Origin: the human T2T-CHM13v2.0 reference genome, Homo sapiens
Assembly (NCBI RefSeq): GCF_009914755.1
Contig: NC_060944.1
Length of the DNA: 64,000 bases
Reading direction: 5' to 3' (one strand)
This document shows, piece by piece, positions 58,605 to 64,000 of the stretch. The position numbers and the translations under genes were made by a program. Each line of letters begins with the position of its first letter. Positions within the stretch are counted from its first letter, which is position 1. A model generated the notes under the pieces. That model saw nothing but the letters and a program-made list of their open reading frames with translations, did not search any database and had not been told where the DNA came from.

Positions 58605-59015
58605 TTAGATTATCATTAAGCAAATATTCACTCTCTCCCCTTCACACTGCAGGTGGAGAACACTTCCCACCCTGCTGATGTTTGGCTGTGTGACTTGCTT
58701 TGACCATTTGGAAGTCAGCAGAAGTGATGAGAGCAAAGGGATTAAATGTGCAGCTTGGCTCACTCTTGCTCCTGGGGATCTGCTGTGATGAGCGTGTGCT
58801 CTCTTTATAACAGGAGCTACTGTCCCTTGATACTCGGTCCAGTGCGCACACGTGTGGAGCAGATCTGAGCCCAATCCACAGCCTGCACCCTATCCAGCAG
58901 AGCCCATGTCGCAGAGCCCGGGTCGCAGAGCCATGAGTCACCTGTGAATCTGCGCGTGTGAGAATTAGTGCTTATTTTGAACCACGGAGATGGGTTGGCA
59001 ACAACTGACAAATCA
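58605..59015 (+). mobile_element. MLT1H/I-like LTR
   Basis: 'ggctgtgtgacttgctttgacca...agcagaagtga...cacgtgtggagcagatctgagccca'. Confidence 0.6.
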
Positions 59016-59546
59016 CTGAGTTTTCAAATTCTGCTCTGTGGAACTCAACGGAAGTCATTTTCAAAAAAATGGTTTCATTCATTCACATATTTATTAATTC
59101 ACTTGCTTATTCTACAAACACTTTATTGATCACCCTAGGTATCGTGCACTGTTCTAGAGAGACTCATCCATCTCAGCTTATCTGGGCTGCTTTTTGATCT
59201 TCCTGAGAGAATGGAGGGCCTGTGTGTGCACATTGGTAAAGTGCTTTGAAAGGAATGAATCCAGCAGATTTCACAGCCCCTTCTCCTCTGCAAGGCTGTG
59301 TAGCCTTCTCTGAGGCTAGCTGGGGTTGGTGTGGGCGGGAAGGAGTCTTGCTGCTACCCGAACAGACTCAGATGCTCCCCTGCCTCCATCTCTGCATTAA
59401 ATCAGGGGCTGTCAAGGAGGAGGCAGGCACAAGGCGATGTTCGTCAGCTCCCGGAGGGGCAGGTCTCTTCACATCTTGCCTGGGTTCATTGGCTCAGCCA
59501 CATGCTGGTCGACCTTGTTTCTGTTTTCAGATAAAGAAAATGAGGC

Positions 59547-59864
59547 TCTTTTTCTTTCATCACTTTGTCCAGTGAACTTAGGAGCAACCAACCAACTTCA
59601 TTATATTCCTTGGTTCTCCACGTAGGGTCAAAGATATCAGGTATAGAGTCATTAAGCTCCTGCCTCTCATGAGCAGTGAATCAGGAGTATCAAATGCATT
59701 TATTTTGCAAGAACTATCGGTGTTCTCCATGCTATTAGAAGTAGAGCCCTTAGCATTTTTGAGTCTAATCATATTAAGCAGCCAACTCCAGAAACCCCCA
59801 AATCAACAAAAGAACTCCATCCTTAATACTCTGTTCCTCTAGAATTACTCCTGCTACCAAAATC
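59547..59864 (-). pseudogene. HERV-L internal 5' remnant: PBS plus decayed gag N-terminus
   Basis: Minus strand reads MIRLKNAKGSTSNSMENTDS..CKINAFDTPDS, then after a frameshift ELNDSIPDIFDPTWRTKEYNEVGWLLLSSLDKVMKEK; PBS-like GATTTTGGTAGCAGGAG abuts the LTR. Confidence 0.82.
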
Positions 59865-60381
59865 TGTATGAGTCAGGGTTCTCTAGAGGGACAGAACTAA
59901 TAGGATAGATGTATATATAAAGGGGAGTTTATTAAGGAGTGTTGATTCACACGATAACAAGGTGAGATCCCACAGTAGGCCATCTGCAAGCTGAGGAGCC
60001 AGGAAGCCAGTCCGAGTCCCAAAACCTCAAAAGTTGGGAAGCCAACAGTGCAGCCTTCAGTCTGTGGTCGAAGATGCAAGAGTCCCAAAGCTGAAGAATT
60101 TGGAGTCTGATGTTCAAGGGCAGGAAGCATACAGCCCAGGAGAAAAATGGGGCCAGAAGGCTCAGCCAGTCTAGTCCTTCCACGTTCCTCTGCCTGGTTT
60201 TATTCTAGCCGAGCTGGCAGCTGATTCAATGGTGCCCACCCAGACTGAGGGTGGATCTGCCTCTCCTAGTTTACTAACTCAAATGTTAATCTCCTTTGGC
60301 AACACCTTCACAGACGCACTCAGGAACAATACTTTGCATCCTTCAATCCAATCAAGTTGACACTTAACCTTAACCATCATA
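59865..60381 (-). mobile_element. MLT2A2 LTR (5' LTR of the HERV-L remnant)
   Basis: 'tgtatgagtcagggttctctagagggacagaactaatagg...ccttcaatccaatcaagttgacacttaaccttaaccatcata'. Confidence 0.9.
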
Positions 60382-60589
60382 GAGGATAACAACAATTCAC
60401 CCAATTCTTGGCCCAGGGAAAGAGCAGGAGCCGCACTCACATCTCTCAAATCTCAGTCCCATGTCCTTCTCTTTGCTCCAAATGCCACTTCCCTGGAGGA
60501 TTGTTTTTAAGCCCCCATTCCTAGTCTCTGAAAACAGGGGGCTTTGGCTCAGACACCGTGGCCTCATCCTTTCTTCAGACTATGTTTGC

Positions 60590-60920
60590 TGAGCTTCCGT
60601 TATGTAGCAAGTGCTGGGAATACAGCAGTGAAAAAATGAATTTCCTGTTCTTGAGGATGTGTGGAAGAACAGAGATCAGGAATGACACACAATCTATCTG
60701 GTGACCATGAGCTCTGTGGGGGAAAGCTAAGTAGAGTAGCTGGGGGGTTCCTTTGTTAAAGGTGTTTGGGGAAGGCCACTCTGAGGATGTGACAGCCAAA
60801 CACAGACCCGAAGGAAAGGAGGGAGCAAGCCAAGCTTATAAGAGAGTAAAAGGTGCTCCAGGCAAAAGGCATAGCTGCACAAAGACCCCGAGGCAAGACC
60901 ATGCCTGGCCTGTTGAGGAA
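60590..60920 (-). mobile_element. L2 3' fragment
   Basis: 'gcaagtgctgggaatacagcagtgaa...ccaggcaaaaggcatagctgcacaaagacccc'. Confidence 0.6.
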
Positions 60921-61509
60921 CACAGTGTTTACTTACTGGAGTCACCCAGGAGAGCAGCATGCTCTGTGTTCATTCTGCGCCTTGTTGCCGTCTCAGGACT
61001 AAACTGCTTGCATGAAGTCCAAGGTCTGTTAATTAAAAATGTAACAAGGGACACCCCAGTGTCTTCAGAGTAAATCTTTACAACTGAGAGTTTGTAGCTG
61101 AAGGCAACTAAAGCGGTTCAAAGCGAAGGGCGATTTGACAACGACATGGCTAGATTCACCAGCAGGGCTGGGCAGGACCACCTGCTGGGGCTCCAGGACC
61201 ACAGACATGACATTCCCAGGGTGGGACAAGAGAACAGCTGGGGAGGCTGTCACCCCATCAGGGCGCCTCCCTCCCCCCAACAGTCAAACATAAAAAATAG
61301 ATTTTTTATGACTCCTCCCACCACTCTGTGCTATGGACACAAAAGAACTTTGACCACTGCGACCCTCAACCCCTGGCCTTTGTCCTGAAATAAACAAATG
61401 AGTCCTCCCATCTATTACCCACCCCATGTGATGAAGTGGGCTCCTAGGAACATCCTGCATCCAAGTGGCAACCACAGTGCTTGTTTCAATTACCTCTTAT
61501 TTATCCCAC

Positions 61510-61960
61510 TGGTTAGGGAGGGATGTCCCATCCTAAAGCATATGAGATGGCTGAACACACGATGCCCAACACTGGACAGATGACCTTGGCAGCAGCTCAT
61601 CAGTCACGTCTACTAACACCCTGGGGGAGGAGGGCATCACACGCCGTGCAGGGCCATGCAGGGTTGTGCTGGGGGGCAGAGAAAACCAGCCAAGGCTGTG
61701 GATGGCAGGCTTTGTGGCAACAAGATGTTGAGGTGCCCCTGGTCCCTGCAGGAGGATGCAGTTGGCTTGTTTCAATAATCTGTGGGTTGGCAGAGAGGTG
61801 CATCCATGAGGTTGAGGACCAGATGTGGTACAGCTGGTGTAGCCGGTAGGGGAACTGGCCAGGTAGAGACTCTTTCCTTTTGGGTGGGTGACATATCTGG
61901 TGAGGGCAGGAGAACTCATGGTTAGGCTTTTGGGTTTCTGTGAGGCTCAAAGATGTCAAG
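61510..61960 (-). mobile_element. MER76-like ERVL LTR
   Basis: 'gagatggctgaacacacgatgcccaacactggacagatga...cacgccgtgcagggccatgc'. Confidence 0.5.
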
Positions 61961-61984
61961 GCAGCATGTGACATTTGAGACATC

Positions 61985-62392
61985 TCGCTGTGCCTAAACT
62001 GTTTACACAAAACAGCATGGTCCCTGGCGAACATGTTTTTCTTCTGGGAGTCTGGAATTTTGGTACATGCCAGGCCAAGGCTGCCCCATAACCAGCCCTG
62101 AATAAAAATCCCAGGCACCAAGTCTCTAATCATCTTCCCTGGTAGATGACACTTCCCAGGCATTGCCACACCTCACTGCTGGGGGAATTTAGCACATCTT
62201 GTGTGACTTCAATGGCAGAGACCCTTGGAAGCTTGGGCCTGACTTCTCCCAGACTTCACCCATGCACCATTTTTCTTTGTTGATTTTGCTTTTTTCTGCA
62301 ATACATCATAGTCAAGAGGATGACAACATGCTGAGGGTTGTGAATCCTCACAGTCAGTCCTTAGTCCTGTGAGTGGTCTTGGGTACCATACA
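61985..62392 (+). mobile_element. MER68-like ERVL LTR
   Basis: 'ttctgggagtctggaattttggtacatgccaggc...aataaaaatcccaggcaccaagtctctaat...ggtcttggg'. Confidence 0.65.
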
Positions 62393-63089
62393 CCTTGCCT
62401 TTTCTGGATTCTAAGCCTTTGCTTTGGACCTAACACCTCATCTCATCTAACACCTGACACCAGCCCTGACTTTTAGGATGATCTTACTGATCCTCAGTAC
62501 TCTGTTCAAATCTCACCTTGACCAAGAATTCTGAAGAGTTTTTACCCTCCTTAGAATTCTATAGCCTTTGATATCAAAATCACCTATCGGGCATGGTGTT
62601 ATAAATGATCGTCATCTTCCTTCCTAAGAACCATCCATGTTTTGAGTTCTGTGACAAGTGTCGATTTATGGCAGCCCCTAGCCTGGAAGCCAAGATAAGA
62701 TGACATAAAATAAACGTTTTTACATTAGTTTGCTCTGTCCTCAATGCTCTGTATTCACTGAAAAAAGACTTTTGAAGATAGAATCTTAATAGATATCAAA
62801 TTATTATCTAATTTCAAAATATTTTGACAATTCTTCATAGACACAGCTATAGCAAAGTATGTCTGTCAGTGATAGTGCCTACAACTGGAATTAGTCCTAG
62901 AACTGTGAATCCTATTTTTAAGTGTGATTAGAATTTTATTCTTTAGAGCCTGGTTGTTTTAAGTCATTAATTCAGTCATCAAAAATTGATGGAGTGCCTA
63001 CTAAGTGCCACACACAGAACATTCTGGAATTTCAAAATTAACAAGATTTATTATCTGCTTTGGAAAGATTTGGTAGCTATATCTGGTAG

Positions 63090-64000
63090 TTTTGGCAGTT
63101 TTTCTGTGTTTATGTGCCTACCCAGTATCTAATCACCCATGTCCCTTCCTTGTAATACTCTCTGTGGATATCATCTGTCTTCCAGGTAGCCCATGACTCA
63201 GAGGGGAACTGACCTGACCCCCAACTACAGCAGTACACCCGGATTGGTCTAAGCTAACTAGAGTAATCCTACTTTAATGAACCAATGATTCATTCAGTGA
63301 AACCAGGCTTAATCCAATTAATATATAATACTCTCCCACAAGGTGGCCCAATCAGTGAAAAACTCATATTTTCTTTGGAAATCTCCTTCTGAATGTGAAA
63401 GGCACGGTTATCTGGATACCAGAACTGCTGGGTCATTTTGGAAGGCCAGGCTGAGGATGAGGAGAAGGGCCCAATACAGAGTATAAAAGATAAATTGGAG
63501 AGGGAACTTGATCAAGCCGCTCCTGATATCCAAATTTCTGAACTTATTGTTTATCTGAACCAATAGATTATTTAAAATAATTAAGCCAGGATGAGTTAAT
63601 ATTTTTGATGTTGACATTCAAAATTAATCTACATTATTTACTCCATAACATCCATCTATTCTTTCTCTCATTGTTTATTGTCTGATTTTCTTTTGGAAAA
63701 TGTAACCTTCCTATATTCTCAGACATGTGTTTTGAGTGGGACTCCTACCACACTCAGCTCTATATGACAGTTTAGATTAGCTTAAACCAATTAGCATATT
63801 CTATTATTTTGGCTTTGATGATTGGTTTAGGGATAAACACAAAACCCAATTAAGGCTATAGAAATGGTAAAAATTTCAAGACTTATGCAGTAGATACAGT
63901 AAGAGACCCTTCTCCTTCCCCTAGTTTCTGTGGTGTGAGGATCTGCATTCTAGACATCCAGGAGCCATTTTATTGCCACAGATGAGAACTCAGAATTGTT
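63090..64000 (+). mobile_element. Old MLT1K/L-like LTR fragments (two pieces)
   Basis: 'ggattggtctaagc...ccaatcag', 'cttaaaccaattagcatatt...gattggtttagggataaacac'. Confidence 0.4.

Overview
Primate (human or great-ape-like) non-coding genomic DNA, intergenic or deep intronic. The lineage call rests on AluJ/S/Y SINEs, an L1PA2-like 3' end, and THE1/MST/LTR12 LTRs. No protein-coding exon, RNA gene or CRISPR array can be supported. The supplied ORFs are Alu-, L1-, LTR- or low-complexity-derived, or chance GC-rich frames. The only recognisable protein remnants are L1 fragments (ORF2p C-terminus, clearest at 50.2-50.4 kb) and a decayed HERV-L gag N-terminus (59.5-59.8 kb). More than half of the window is transposable elements: about 25 Alus or Alu pieces, L1, L2, MIR, MaLR/ERVL/ERV1 LTRs, Tigger2a, MER1B and MER30. 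I do not see a new biological system with confidence. The items most worth a second look are: an old templated inverted duplication (8.7 vs 10.1-10.6 kb); two tail-less retroinsertions with 15-bp target-site duplications (33.9 kb, 57.1 kb); a CCAAT-box minisatellite next to an intact solo LTR12 promoter; a truncated HERV-L/MLT2A2 promoter facing left; and a candidate minus-strand terminal exon at 7.4-8.0 kb. Repeat subfamily names come from recalled consensus motifs, not from a RepeatMasker run. Boundaries of old elements are approximate.
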